This document shows, one piece after another, positions 52,069 through 61,256 of a stretch of DNA of 64,000 nt; positions within the stretch are counted from its first letter, which is position 1, and each line of letters begins with the position of its first letter. A model generated the notes under the pieces. It saw only the letters and a program-made list of their open reading frames with translations. It ran no database searches and was not told where the DNA came from. The DNA is from Candidatus Cloacimonadales bacterium (GTDB lineage Bacteria > Cloacimonadota > Cloacimonadia > Cloacimonadales > JAIOQZ01): assembly GCA_963665815.1 (NCBI GenBank), contig OY762463.1, positions 2,144,001 to 2,208,000 on the forward strand. Direction: 5' to 3'. The translations under genes were made by a program, and so were the position numbers.

Positions 52069-54066
52069 ATGAACTCTCACAGGGCATATTTTCTGATACT
52101 ATTTGTATTCATTTCCTCAGCTCTTTTATCTACAGCAACTGACATAGTAGTAGGAACTTACGATAATCAGGAAATCAAAATATCTGATATTGAAGAAAAG
52201 TTATCCAAAATTCCACCTATGTATCAGCAGCAATTTAAGACCATTAAAGGTGAAAAAAATCTGCTTGAAACATACTCTACAGAACTCATTTATTTTTCCG
52301 AAGGTAAGAAAATGAAGTTAGATCAGGATCCTGAGTTCCTGAAAATCATTGAAACAAAATCCAGACCTACTTTGATGAAGTATTTCCAGGAAAACTACCT
52401 CGCATCTAAAATTGCTTACTCTCAAGATGAAATCAAAGAGTATTACAACAGACACAAAAATGCTCAGTTCAAGATAAACCCATATTACAAAATTTTCCAT
52501 ATTCAGGTTGAATCTGATTCGTCAGCACAGGCTCTTCTTGCAGAACTCAATGCCGGTAATGCCACATTAATCGACCTGATGAATAAATACAGCCAGAATC
52601 AATCCTCTCGTGCTCATGGAGGATACACTTTCAAAAAGACTTCAAATCCGTTCTTTGATGGAATCGGATATGACTCTGAACTTGATAGTATTGTTGTTAA
52701 TGCTCCTCTAAACAAATTCATGGGACCTTTTACAACCAAAACCGGTATCCATTTCTTCAAAGTGGAAGAATTCAAACCTCAAAGTCTTAAGAAGCTTGCT
52801 GACGTGAAGGAACAGATTAAAAACAGACTCAAACCACAAAAGACTAACAAGCTTTCTCGCGATTTGCTTCATGAGACAAAGAAATCTAAAAACATCAAAA
52901 TACTCGATATCGTACTCGCAAACACTCCATGGATAATCCCGGGAAAAATCAAGGAGAACTTTAATACTCCTGTTGTTACAACCGATGATGACAGATATAT
53001 TGTGACTGTTAAGGAAGTTTATGATGAGATTAATAAGCTTGATCCAAATCTCCAGGAATCATACAAGAAAGAAATAAATCAGCAGAAAAAAATTGTTAAT
53101 GAAATTCTTGAAAACAAAGCACAATATTTTACCGCAATTGATATGGGATTTAACAAGAAAATTGAATCCGAGCAGTCATACAAGGACATGTTCTATCTTG
53201 AACTCATCCGTTTCACTTATTCAAAGCTTGTTCTTGAGAATATAAAAATCAGTGAGGATGACCTGAAAAAATACTATGATGATAACAAAGACAGATACAC
53301 AATCAACGCAACAAGAAAATATCATCACTACACCTACCCTTCAAAGAGAATTGCGAAGAAGGTTCTCAAGAAATTGAAGAAGTATGACGCTAAAAAAGAT
53401 ACAGCAAGAATCGAAAAGCTTCTCGCTAAATATACAGAAGGTGATAATAAAATAATTGAGAAGATAAAAGAAAACACCGTTCTTATTCCCGGATTTGGTG
53501 TAGACTCAACTTATGCAGAAGTAATCTGGAATACACCGGTAGGCGAATACAGCAGTGTTTTTGAAAACAGAAACGGATCATACACTTTCCTAAAAGTACT
53601 TAATCATAACGATAAAACTCTCAGACCATTCGATACTGTCAGCAGCTCGATACAAAACATGATCAGAAGACAGGAAGTGCAGAAAAAGTTCCAGAGCGTT
53701 ACTGAAAAACTCAAGAAAACACATAACCTCAAAACTTATCCTGAAAGACTTATTTCAAGATATTCGGCTACTGATCTATTTTCTAAAGCCAGCGACGCTC
53801 AACAAGCTAAAAACTTCAATGAGGCCATCGAGTACTACGATGTTATCTCAATGAAGGACACAAACAGCAAGGATGCTGCAAAGGCTTTGTTCATGAAAGG
53901 TTTTCTCCTTTCCGAGGAGCTGAAAGACAAAGATGCTGCAATTGCTACTTACGAGAAACTCCTCAAAGATTTCCCGAATAATGAAAATCGTGATTCGATT
54001 GAAATGATGCTTAAAGAGCTTAAAGGTGAAATCAATATTCTGGATATTATCAACGAAGAAGAATAA
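52069..54066 (+). CDS. Exported SurA/PrsA-like protein with two PpiC-type PPIase-like domains and C-terminal TPR
   Basis: Signal peptide; two repeats EIKEYY/DLKKYY..HI..KYS...GG...GPF.TKTGIH; C-terminal KALFMKGFL..E.LKD..AAIATYEKLLKDFP. Confidence 0.8.
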   Translation: MNSHRAYFLILFVFISSALLSTATDIVVGTYDNQEIKISDIEEKLSKIPPMYQQQFKTIKGEKNLLETYSTELIYFSEGKKMKLDQDPEFLKIIETKSRPTLMKYFQENYLASKIAYSQDEIKEYYNRHKNAQFKINPYYKIFHIQVESDSSAQALLAELNAGNATLIDLMNKYSQNQSSRAHGGYTFKKTSNPFFDGIGYDSELDSIVVNAPLNKFMGPFTTKTGIHFFKVEEFKPQSLKKLADVKEQIKNRLKPQKTNKLSRDLLHETKKSKNIKILDIVLANTPWIIPGKIKENFNTPVVTTDDDRYIVTVKEVYDEINKLDPNLQESYKKEINQQKKIVNEILENKAQYFTAIDMGFNKKIESEQSYKDMFYLELIRFTYSKLVLENIKISEDDLKKYYDDNKDRYTINATRKYHHYTYPSKRIAKKVLKKLKKYDAKKDTARIEKLLAKYTEGDNKIIEKIKENTVLIPGFGVDSTYAEVIWNTPVGEYSSVFENRNGSYTFLKVLNHNDKTLRPFDTVSSSIQNMIRRQEVQKKFQSVTEKLKKTHNLKTYPERLISRYSATDLFSKASDAQQAKNFNEAIEYYDVISMKDTNSKDAAKALFMKGFLLSEELKDKDAAIATYEKLLKDFPNNENRDSIEMMLKELKGEINILDIINEEE

Positions 54067-54082
54067 TCTGAAAACTATAGAC

Positions 54083-54112
54083 AAACGGCTGCAATTTGCA
54101 GCCGTTTTTTTT
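54083..54112 (+). terminator. Intrinsic terminator
   Basis: AAACGGCTGCA-att-TGCAGCCGTTT plus T-run. Confidence 0.9.
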
Positions 54113-54177
54113 GTCTTAATGTTCATCCTAAATTGAATAATCAAAATTATTAGCAAAACATCTCAATGCCAATAGCC

Positions 54178-54194
54178 CATGCTTGCACATGCAA
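54178..54194. promoter_or_regulatory. Second copy of putative MarR operator, downstream of marR
   Basis: CATGCTTGCACATGCAA identical to 54651-54667. Confidence 0.6.
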
Positions 54195-54213
54195 GTGTAC
54201 TAATTGAAATGGT

Positions 54214-54639
54214 TCAAGATTCTTTTAGATCTATAGTTGCCATTCTAATATAATCTGTCAGTTTGTCGGCAAAATCTTTACCAAGACAATCGCAATACCT
54301 GGCATAAAGATTCTTCCATGCCTGAATGATCAGCGGATTTACTTCCCTTCCCTTAATAGTAGAGAACAACTCTGTCTTCTTGCCTCTTATTTTCCGCTCT
54401 ATCATTTTTCTCTGCACGAGCTTATCAGCAAATCTACTGATTGTTGAAGGCGCAAGATTCATTATAACACTTAACTCACTCAGTGATATACCTGAGTTCT
54501 CAACTATTATTATAAGCATAATAGCATGGGGTGGGGAAAGCTTGGTAATCATGAACTCTTCTTCAGCCATCTTAGTCAGTGTTCTCGACAGAGAGTTTGC
54601 AACAAAATACATGCAATTATTTAAATAATTTACTGCCAT
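54214..54639 (-). CDS. MarR-family transcriptional regulator
   Basis: CMYFVANSLSR, LSPPHA, LAPSTISRFADKL, TIKG; start reassigned to MAVNY after GAAGGAG. Confidence 0.92.
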   Translation of the reverse strand: MAVNYLNNCMYFVANSLSRTLTKMAEEEFMITKLSPPHAIMLIIIVENSGISLSELSVIMNLAPSTISRFADKLVQRKMIERKIRGKKTELFSTIKGREVNPLIIQAWKNLYARYCDCLGKDFADKLTDYIRMATIDLKES

Positions 54640-54650
54640 TTTTTCTCCTT

Positions 54651-54694
54651 CATGCTTGCACATGCAAACATAAATGAAATATGCAATCTGTCAA
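54651..54694 (-). promoter_or_regulatory. marR promoter with overlapping palindromic operator
   Basis: TTGACA-16 nt-TATGTTTG overlapping TTGCA-tg-TGCAA palindrome just before the SD. Confidence 0.7.
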
Positions 54695-54987
54695 ACAAAA
54701 TATACATGATTGATTCCTAAAATACATGAATCTTTAAAGTTAATAATTCACACGATTTTTCTTTTTACCTTTTGTTCCTTTTTTGCTTTCCATTTCTACC
54801 AAACTCAATTTTATAGAAAGAAATGTAAATTGTGTTTTTCAATCCTATATATATAATGTATAGTAAATACTGCTATTTTAATGAAATTTTGAAAAGTAAT
54901 ATTTATTGTAAATTGAGATTTACAGTATCACTAATTATATCTTTAGTCCATATTATTTATTTATTTTTAATATACTGCGATCGATTT

Positions 54988-55569
54988 TCAATTATTAATC
55001 TGATAATTTACTTCAGCATAATCTGCAATTTTTTTGTCTTCTACATAAACATCCTGCAGAGTAATTTTACCTTTATACACTCGCAGCACAGCATACACGT
55101 TTTTCTTATCTTTTACTGCCTTTCTGTAGCTTTTTTCTGCCTTTTCAGCCAAGAACTCAGTCATATAATACTTATCACAAGGCATATCAATTTTTACTTC
55201 ACCATGTACTTTTTTATAATAACTTCGTTCCTTTACTGTGAAAAATATATCTGTATCCTCAGGTTTTTCTGACAGTACTCGATCAATCACATGAAAACCG
55301 CTGCTATCTTCCCTGAGAGTCACATAATACTTGTTAATCTCATTATGTTTTACGGAAGGGATATATCTGTACGAATGAGTTTCAACTTCATACCTGAGAC
55401 TGATGTATTTTCCTCTGAACGCATCATTTGGATCAACCGGAACAGTTCTCAGTTTTATTTCCATACCTTTATCCATTCCTGTTGTTGCGGAGTAGATCAT
55501 CCACGCTGGTACAATCAACTGAATTATTGCAATCAGTACAAACACTGATGTAAGAGTTTTCTTAGACAT
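54988..55569 (-). CDS. GDYXXLXY-domain membrane-anchored protein
   Basis: PVDPNDAFRGKYISLRY; coupled to DUF2157 gene. Confidence 0.88.
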   Translation of the reverse strand: MSKKTLTSVFVLIAIIQLIVPAWMIYSATTGMDKGMEIKLRTVPVDPNDAFRGKYISLRYEVETHSYRYIPSVKHNEINKYYVTLREDSSGFHVIDRVLSEKPEDTDIFFTVKERSYYKKVHGEVKIDMPCDKYYMTEFLAEKAEKSYRKAVKDKKNVYAVLRVYKGKITLQDVYVEDKKIADYAEVNYQINN

Positions 55570-56857
55570 CTTCCCTCCTCCTTCTCTTTATCAGAAAGTT
55601 GTTTGCATTGATAAAGATTATTCCAATTACGATGAACACCAAACCCTTATAGATAAATCCAATATCTGAATCGAAGAACCTGAGAAGAAACTGGAATGAG
55701 AATATTACCAGACCGAAATTCATGAGCTTCATATCCAGTTTTACAAGGCCTTTTACAATCTTGCTGACACTTATTGCCAACAGATAAAGATTCATCACTA
55801 TCATTGAAATCAAATCCGATCTCACAATAAAATACAACAGAGCAAACACAATGAATCCATAGTACTCCAGTTCAAACCATTTTCCCCGGTTCTTGACTAA
55901 TACTCTGTAAAAAAGTACAACAGCCAATATAAAAACTAAACCTGCCCAGATTAACTCACCCCCGGCAAGCATTTTGCGATACACAATAAACTCAAGTCTG
56001 GAGTGCTTCCAGTTATCCGCATAAGAGAATGTAAAGGTCATAATGTAAAAGCCAACCAGTCCCAGTATCTTGATCATGTTATGGGCAAGAACCGAATCTT
56101 TCAAAACACTCAGCTCACTAATAAGGATCAGTATACTGAAGGCGCAGAAATAAACCAGATTCAGGATAGAATAGTGATCGACTGTGATGTGCCCGAGTGT
56201 AATAAGCAGGGAAATAGCTGTAGTGAGATGAAAGTAGGCCGTAATAACAGTCTTTCTACGCTTGATTACAGATGTAAGATAGTAATAAGACCAGCCAACC
56301 AGTAGAATAAAGTATTTGGACAGTATTGGTATGTTGTTATATCTGCCATCGAAAGCGGTTAATGAAACTCCTGTAATACCGGCAATGATAAGCAGTGCAG
56401 ACGCATCCGACTTCATTATGTAGAGTACTGGCAGACAAATCAGCATCCAGATGAACAGAAATTGAGAGATATCCCCCACAATATGAAATATCTGACTGAC
56501 CATTGAAATGCTCGCTCCCACAGCAAACACCAGAAATACCGAACAACCTTCTCTCCAAGCTTTACTGTCGTACTTCTTCAAAATTGTATACAGACATAAC
56601 GCCTGTGCTGCCACGAGAGGCAGGAAAGCTATGCCGGTTCTGATATTCCGGGAGAAATTATCCCAGTTATGGGCTAAAATAAGGATGATTCCTGATCCGA
56701 TTAAGGCAGCCCCGATGATAGCAAAGATCATTATCAGCAGATTAACCGAGTTCTTCTTCTTATCATCATAGTACTTGGAAATCCGATCTGCCGTTGGTTT
56801 ATCAATTACCTGAGCATTGAGAAGCTCATCTATATGCTTGCGGAATATTCTGTTCAT
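55562..56857 (-). CDS. DUF2157 multi-pass membrane protein
   Basis: IGAALIGSGIILILAHNW, GASISMVSQIFH; ~12 TM; start probably MNRIF. Confidence 0.88.
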   Translation of the reverse strand: MNRIFRKHIDELLNAQVIDKPTADRISKYYDDKKKNSVNLLIMIFAIIGAALIGSGIILILAHNWDNFSRNIRTGIAFLPLVAAQALCLYTILKKYDSKAWREGCSVFLVFAVGASISMVSQIFHIVGDISQFLFIWMLICLPVLYIMKSDASALLIIAGITGVSLTAFDGRYNNIPILSKYFILLVGWSYYYLTSVIKRRKTVITAYFHLTTAISLLITLGHITVDHYSILNLVYFCAFSILILISELSVLKDSVLAHNMIKILGLVGFYIMTFTFSYADNWKHSRLEFIVYRKMLAGGELIWAGLVFILAVVLFYRVLVKNRGKWFELEYYGFIVFALLYFIVRSDLISMIVMNLYLLAISVSKIVKGLVKLDMKLMNFGLVIFSFQFLLRFFDSDIGFIYKGLVFIVIGIIFINANNFLIKRRRREDV

Positions 56858-56947
56858 ATCGCCAACCTGAGTTTTTCTCAAATATGGATAGTTTATTGTT
56901 TGGAAGTCAATGATTTTGTTGGGATGGATGTGCTAACTTATGCAGAA

Positions 56948-56978
56948 ACAGCCTGCATAATGTTTGCAGGCTGTATTT
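56948..56978. terminator. Hairpin terminator after CTD remnant
   Basis: ACAGCCTGCA-taatgtt-TGCAGGCTGT. Confidence 0.7.
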
Positions 56979-56999
56979 ATAATAGGAATAGCGATTTAC

Positions 57000-57329
57000 T
57001 TACTTAAGCATTATACATTTTTTAACATCAATATTCTTGCCATTAACATCCAGTCTGTAGAAATATACTCCGGAACCAACTTTCTTCCCATTTGAATCTG
57101 TTCCTCTCCAGACAATCTCATGATTACCAGCTTCATATTCCTCATTATCTGCAAGAGTATTTACTTTCTGTCCTTTCATGTTATACACTACAAGTTTAAC
57201 CTCTGACTTTTGAGAAATTGAGAATGAGAAAGTAGTCTCAGGATTGAAATGGTTAGGGTAGTTATTACTGGTAATGGAATAAACCTCCGGAGCATCTTCA
57301 TTACGAGAAGTTATTGTTTGCATTCTCAT
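57000..57329 (-). pseudogene. Isolated FlgD-Ig / Por-secretion-like C-terminal sorting domain; probable remnant of a larger secreted-protein gene
   Basis: NYPNHFNPETT, VYNMKGQKVNTL, WRGTDSNGKKVGSGVYFYRL; no signal peptide; YPNPFNP motif altered; upstream frames broken. Confidence 0.6.
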
Positions 57330-57619
57330 TTCCGTTTTTCTGATACTATAATATTGTCATTTTGAAATTGAGTATTTTGGAAACCGGTTTACTACATTAA
57401 GAGAACCTTACTCAGGGAAAAATACATACTTATAAAGAAACACAACTACATATCTGCAAGAATTTCAAATATTGTCATTCTACACCGATATAAAACTTTC
57501 CATTTGATCAATTGAGAACAAATCTGGGGGAGGCATGTCAAAGTATTTTTTCTCATTTATTCTATTTTAATATAGTGTTATTAAGTGCTTACAATTCATG
57601 CATATTCTCATTATGCTCT

Positions 57620-57669
57620 CCACCTCATCCCCCAAATCTGCCAACTCACACAATAATATTTCCTACTCG
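57620..57669 (+). promoter_or_regulatory. Three direct repeats at 21-bp period, putative LytTR binding sites
   Basis: CCACCTCA (57620), CCAACTCA (57641), CCTACTCG (57662), just upstream of TTGACT (57686). Confidence 0.6.
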
Positions 57670-57736
57670 TCAGTTAAAAGTTAACTTGACTTCAAGAATA
57701 TCTATACTGTATTTATAAAAATTCAGGAGATACAAA

Positions 57737-59272
57737 ATGAAATATATTTTAATGATAATATTAAGTATAAGTCTGTTGTTTGCTGCAGATCTTAAGACAG
57801 AGATCCTGCAGGCTTCAGAGAAGGCAAATGCAGGCAACTTCAAAGACGCAGTAGAGATAATGAAAAAAGCTGTGGAAGCTTATCCGGATTCTTCTGCTGC
57901 CCATACAGTCTATGGAATGTTTCTTACGCGCAGAGCAGGTGAAGTCAGTTTTATGAAAGCAGGGACACTCTCCTCAAAAGCTTTCAAGCACTTTGACATT
58001 GCTCTCGGTATGAACCCGGAAGACATAAACGCCAGATTGTACCGCGGCATACTTAGTACACATGTACCAAAATTCATGGGGAAACTCAAACAGGGGATAA
58101 AAGATCTGGAAATGATCAAACAGAAGCATGCTGACAAAGAAGGTTTATATCTGACTGCCGTTTACTACGTTGGGCTCTGTTACGAAAAAGCCGACAATAA
58201 TGACAAAGCACTGGAGAATTTCAAGCATATTGTTATGTACGGAAAATCATCTGAGTATTACAAATCCGCCAAAAACAAGTATAAAGAACTAAGTAAATCA
58301 GATAAAAGCAAGCCCAAATCTTCCGGTAATGAGTATGAAACAGCGAAAAAACTCATGGAAGAAGGAAACCTGCGGGAAGCTCTCAAGAATTTCAGAGTTG
58401 CATCAGTTAACGAACCGGATAATCTTGAACTGCACATGCTGTATGCCAGAACAATCGGTATGGAAGTCGAGAAAGGCTATAATGAGACAATCAAAGAAGA
58501 CGTTACCTACAGAGCCGGACTTGCCCACGAAGTCTATGAAGTGCTTTCTCACTGTGTAGAGCTTGCACCGAATGATGAGGACATAAGGTTCCTGAGAGGT
58601 TCCGTAGCAATAGACCTGCCGTTCTTCGTAAACAGTCTGGAAACCGGAATTAATGATCTTGAATACCTTGCTGAGAATGCAAAATCAGAAGAGGTTAAGT
58701 CTCAGTCTATCTATTTGAAAGAAAAAGCTTTAAAAATGAAAAAGGTCAACGAACTGGCAGAAAAAGGTTATAATGCTAAAACAGATGAAGAAAAAGCAGA
58801 GCTTCTGCCGCAGTTCGTAAGAGTAAAACATCCGGTTAAGCAGAAGCAACCTGACGGAACAAGCCTGAGGATCACTCTCAGTATGGGTTACAGAGATCAG
58901 ATTCAACCACAGACTGCAATCTGGATTGAAGATGAAAACGGTAATTACCTCGAGACAGTATACATTTCTGCTTTTGCTGCGTTTGTAAAAGATAAGCAGA
59001 TTCATCTCCCCCGCTGGGCAAAAAGCTCAGAGTTCAAAAAGACTGAGAATGTAACAGGAGCCAGCATTGATTGCGGAACACATACTTTCTACTGGAAATG
59101 TGACAAATACAAAGACCAAAAAGTGGTTCTAAAAGCTGAAATTTGCCATTGGCCTCATATCATGTATGGTAAATACGAAATGCCGTTAGATCTTAAATCT
59201 GATACAAAATATACTCTGGAAGACGGAGATTTTCTGATCACTGAGATTACTGTAGAGAAAGTCAGGAAGTAA
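57737..59272 (+). CDS. Exported TPR-repeat protein with C-terminal DUF2271-like domain
   Basis: Signal peptide; two TPR blocks (ARLYRG..PKFMGKL.QGI.DLE / IRFLRG..PFFVNSLETGI.DLE); PQTAIWIEDENGNYLETVY, LPRW, VTGAS. Confidence 0.75.
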   Translation: MKYILMIILSISLLFAADLKTEILQASEKANAGNFKDAVEIMKKAVEAYPDSSAAHTVYGMFLTRRAGEVSFMKAGTLSSKAFKHFDIALGMNPEDINARLYRGILSTHVPKFMGKLKQGIKDLEMIKQKHADKEGLYLTAVYYVGLCYEKADNNDKALENFKHIVMYGKSSEYYKSAKNKYKELSKSDKSKPKSSGNEYETAKKLMEEGNLREALKNFRVASVNEPDNLELHMLYARTIGMEVEKGYNETIKEDVTYRAGLAHEVYEVLSHCVELAPNDEDIRFLRGSVAIDLPFFVNSLETGINDLEYLAENAKSEEVKSQSIYLKEKALKMKKVNELAEKGYNAKTDEEKAELLPQFVRVKHPVKQKQPDGTSLRITLSMGYRDQIQPQTAIWIEDENGNYLETVYISAFAAFVKDKQIHLPRWAKSSEFKKTENVTGASIDCGTHTFYWKCDKYKDQKVVLKAEICHWPHIMYGKYEMPLDLKSDTKYTLEDGDFLITEITVEKVRK

Positions 59273-59320
59273 GTTTGGAAGAGTGGATTTTGTGTCGTTC
59301 CTTTGTTTCAAAGCAAATTC

Positions 59321-59466
59321 CCTTTCCCGACTTCATCGGGACTCAGGGAGCTTGCAAGATTCAATATGTCAGTAATTTGAGTTGATTGAGTCCCGAATAT
59401 TCGGGAAAGGATAGACCTGTTGCTATCAAAAAATTTGTTTGACCCTTCGACATGCTCAGGGTGACA
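59321..59466. repeat. Cluster of three related REP-like elements (inverted doublet plus single)
   Basis: CCTTTCCCGA-cttca-TCGGGACTCA (59321-45), inverted TGAGTCCCGA-atat-TCGGGAAAGG (59387-410), CCCTTCGACATGCTCAGGGTGACA (59443-66). Confidence 0.75.
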
Positions 59467-59510
59467 AATCCAATGTTTTTAAACAGCACAAAAGGACAAA
59501 AATAAACACA

Positions 59511-60527
59511 ATGAAAACACTAATGAGAGAAATGTTCAGTAAAACAAGACTGATTCTGATTCTGGCTATTAATATGGTAATTACCATAATTTTAACTGCT
59601 ATGAATTATGGCGGTGACCAAGTTTTTTCCCATGTGTTTTTCTCTAACTTTATCTTCTCTTACTCGATAGGTTTATCAATATACATTGGCATTAATATCA
59701 TAGAATGCTTGAAGTTGCCATTTGTTATGAAGATTATTCTTACTCTTGGAACAATTTGTATAACCGGAATTGCAGGGAGCTTTATCGGCTCATTCTTGTA
59801 CAAGATCATCTATGGAATTGATATTAATGTACTTCAATCTGATACATTACTTGAGTTTATGTCTCTAAGCCTTATATTCGGAGTCAGTGCTTACTACATA
59901 TTTGTAATAATCATGAAGAGTAATGAAAGAAAATTGCAGCTTCTTGAGGAACAGAAATTACGCACAGACATTGAACTGCAGTCATTGAGAGCACGGATAA
60001 ATCCACATTTCCTTTTTAACACTTTGAACTCTGTAGCAGGTCTAATTTATATAGATCAGAAAAAAGCCGAATCAATGTTAGTTCAGCTTTCTGAACTCCT
60101 GAGATTCAATCTTTCTATCTCTGAGAACAAATTTGTTGAGCTTCAGCATGAACTAAAAGCTGTAGAGGATTATCTCAACATTGAGAAAATACGACTGGGA
60201 GACAGACTGGAGTTTTCCATAGACAATAAGCTTGATGATTTGATTGTCCCTCCCATGACACTGCTGACTCTGGTTGAAAATGCTATTAAGCATGGTATAT
60301 CCGGCAGTATTGAAGGTGGAATTGTAAAAATTAAGCTAAACAAAACAGATGATAAGTATCATCTGAGTGTTTACAATACATGTGAAAATCCAGCGGGAAA
60401 TATTGTTTACGGATATGGCTTGACTAAGCTCAGAGAAATACTGCAATTATCTTATAAAGATAAAGCTGAACTTGTTTTTAGTGTTGATAAAAATGGGATA
60501 ACAGCTGTGATCGAAATCAGGAGTTAA
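59511..60527 (+). CDS. LytS/YehU-family sensor histidine kinase
   Basis: ~4 TM, RARINPHFLFNTLNSV, YLNIEKIRLGDRL, LVENAIKHG; start reassigned to MKTLM. Confidence 0.93.
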   Translation: MKTLMREMFSKTRLILILAINMVITIILTAMNYGGDQVFSHVFFSNFIFSYSIGLSIYIGINIIECLKLPFVMKIILTLGTICITGIAGSFIGSFLYKIIYGIDINVLQSDTLLEFMSLSLIFGVSAYYIFVIIMKSNERKLQLLEEQKLRTDIELQSLRARINPHFLFNTLNSVAGLIYIDQKKAESMLVQLSELLRFNLSISENKFVELQHELKAVEDYLNIEKIRLGDRLEFSIDNKLDDLIVPPMTLLTLVENAIKHGISGSIEGGIVKIKLNKTDDKYHLSVYNTCENPAGNIVYGYGLTKLREILQLSYKDKAELVFSVDKNGITAVIEIRS

Positions 60528-60528
60528 A

Positions 60529-61251
60529 ATGAAATACAAAGCCCTGCTGGTTGACGACGAACAAATTGCTGTTGAGATTCTCAAAAGACATCTCAGTGAG
60601 TTCCCTGATAAAGTCGAAGTAATCGGTTCTGCCAATAATGGTATCCGGGCAATAGAGCTGATTGATACACTTAAGCCGGACCTGGTGTTTCTGGATATTA
60701 AAATGCCGGGATTAACCGGGTTTGATGTTGTCAGCAGAATTAAACATCAACCGATGATAGTTTTCACAACAGCATACGACGAGTTTGCTTTGAAATCCTT
60801 CGAAACAAACACAATTGACTATCTCTTGAAACCAATATCAAAAGAAAAAATAGCTCAGGTTTTTGAGAAACTGGAGAACTTCAGCAAGAAAACAGATTTC
60901 AATTCAATAGTTAAACTGGTTGAAAAGATCAGCAAATCATCACGACTACCCATAGAATACAACAACCGTATCATTTTTATGGACTATAAGGATATCTATT
61001 TCTTCAAATCGGATAACAAATATACATCCGTTAATCTCAAAAATAAAAGCTACCTGATAGATAAAAGTCTTATATCCCTCGAAGAAATTCTGGATGATGA
61101 TTTCATTCGAATCCATAGATCGTGTCTTGTTAACAGAAACCATATTTCCGAAGTTATCAAATTAAGCTCCAGAAAATGGGTTGTTAAGCTCCGTGATAAG
61201 GATCAGACAGAACTTCCGGTCAGCAGAGACTCGCATGAGCTGTTGTTTTGA
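60529..61251 (+). CDS. LytTR-family response regulator
   Basis: VDDE, FLDIKMP, TTAYDEFA, DYLLKP, FIRIHRSCLVN, LPVSR. Confidence 0.95.
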   Translation: MKYKALLVDDEQIAVEILKRHLSEFPDKVEVIGSANNGIRAIELIDTLKPDLVFLDIKMPGLTGFDVVSRIKHQPMIVFTTAYDEFALKSFETNTIDYLLKPISKEKIAQVFEKLENFSKKTDFNSIVKLVEKISKSSRLPIEYNNRIIFMDYKDIYFFKSDNKYTSVNLKNKSYLIDKSLISLEEILDDDFIRIHRSCLVNRNHISEVIKLSSRKWVVKLRDKDQTELPVSRDSHELLF

Positions 61252-61256
61252 GATTG

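Noticed and set aside
54832-55272. 146-aa hydrophobic plus-strand ORF
   Set aside because: AT-rich low-complexity sequence, largely antisense to the GDYXXLXY gene
59439-59510. TTG-start extension MTLRHAQGD of the kinase
   Set aside because: It is the translation of the REP element
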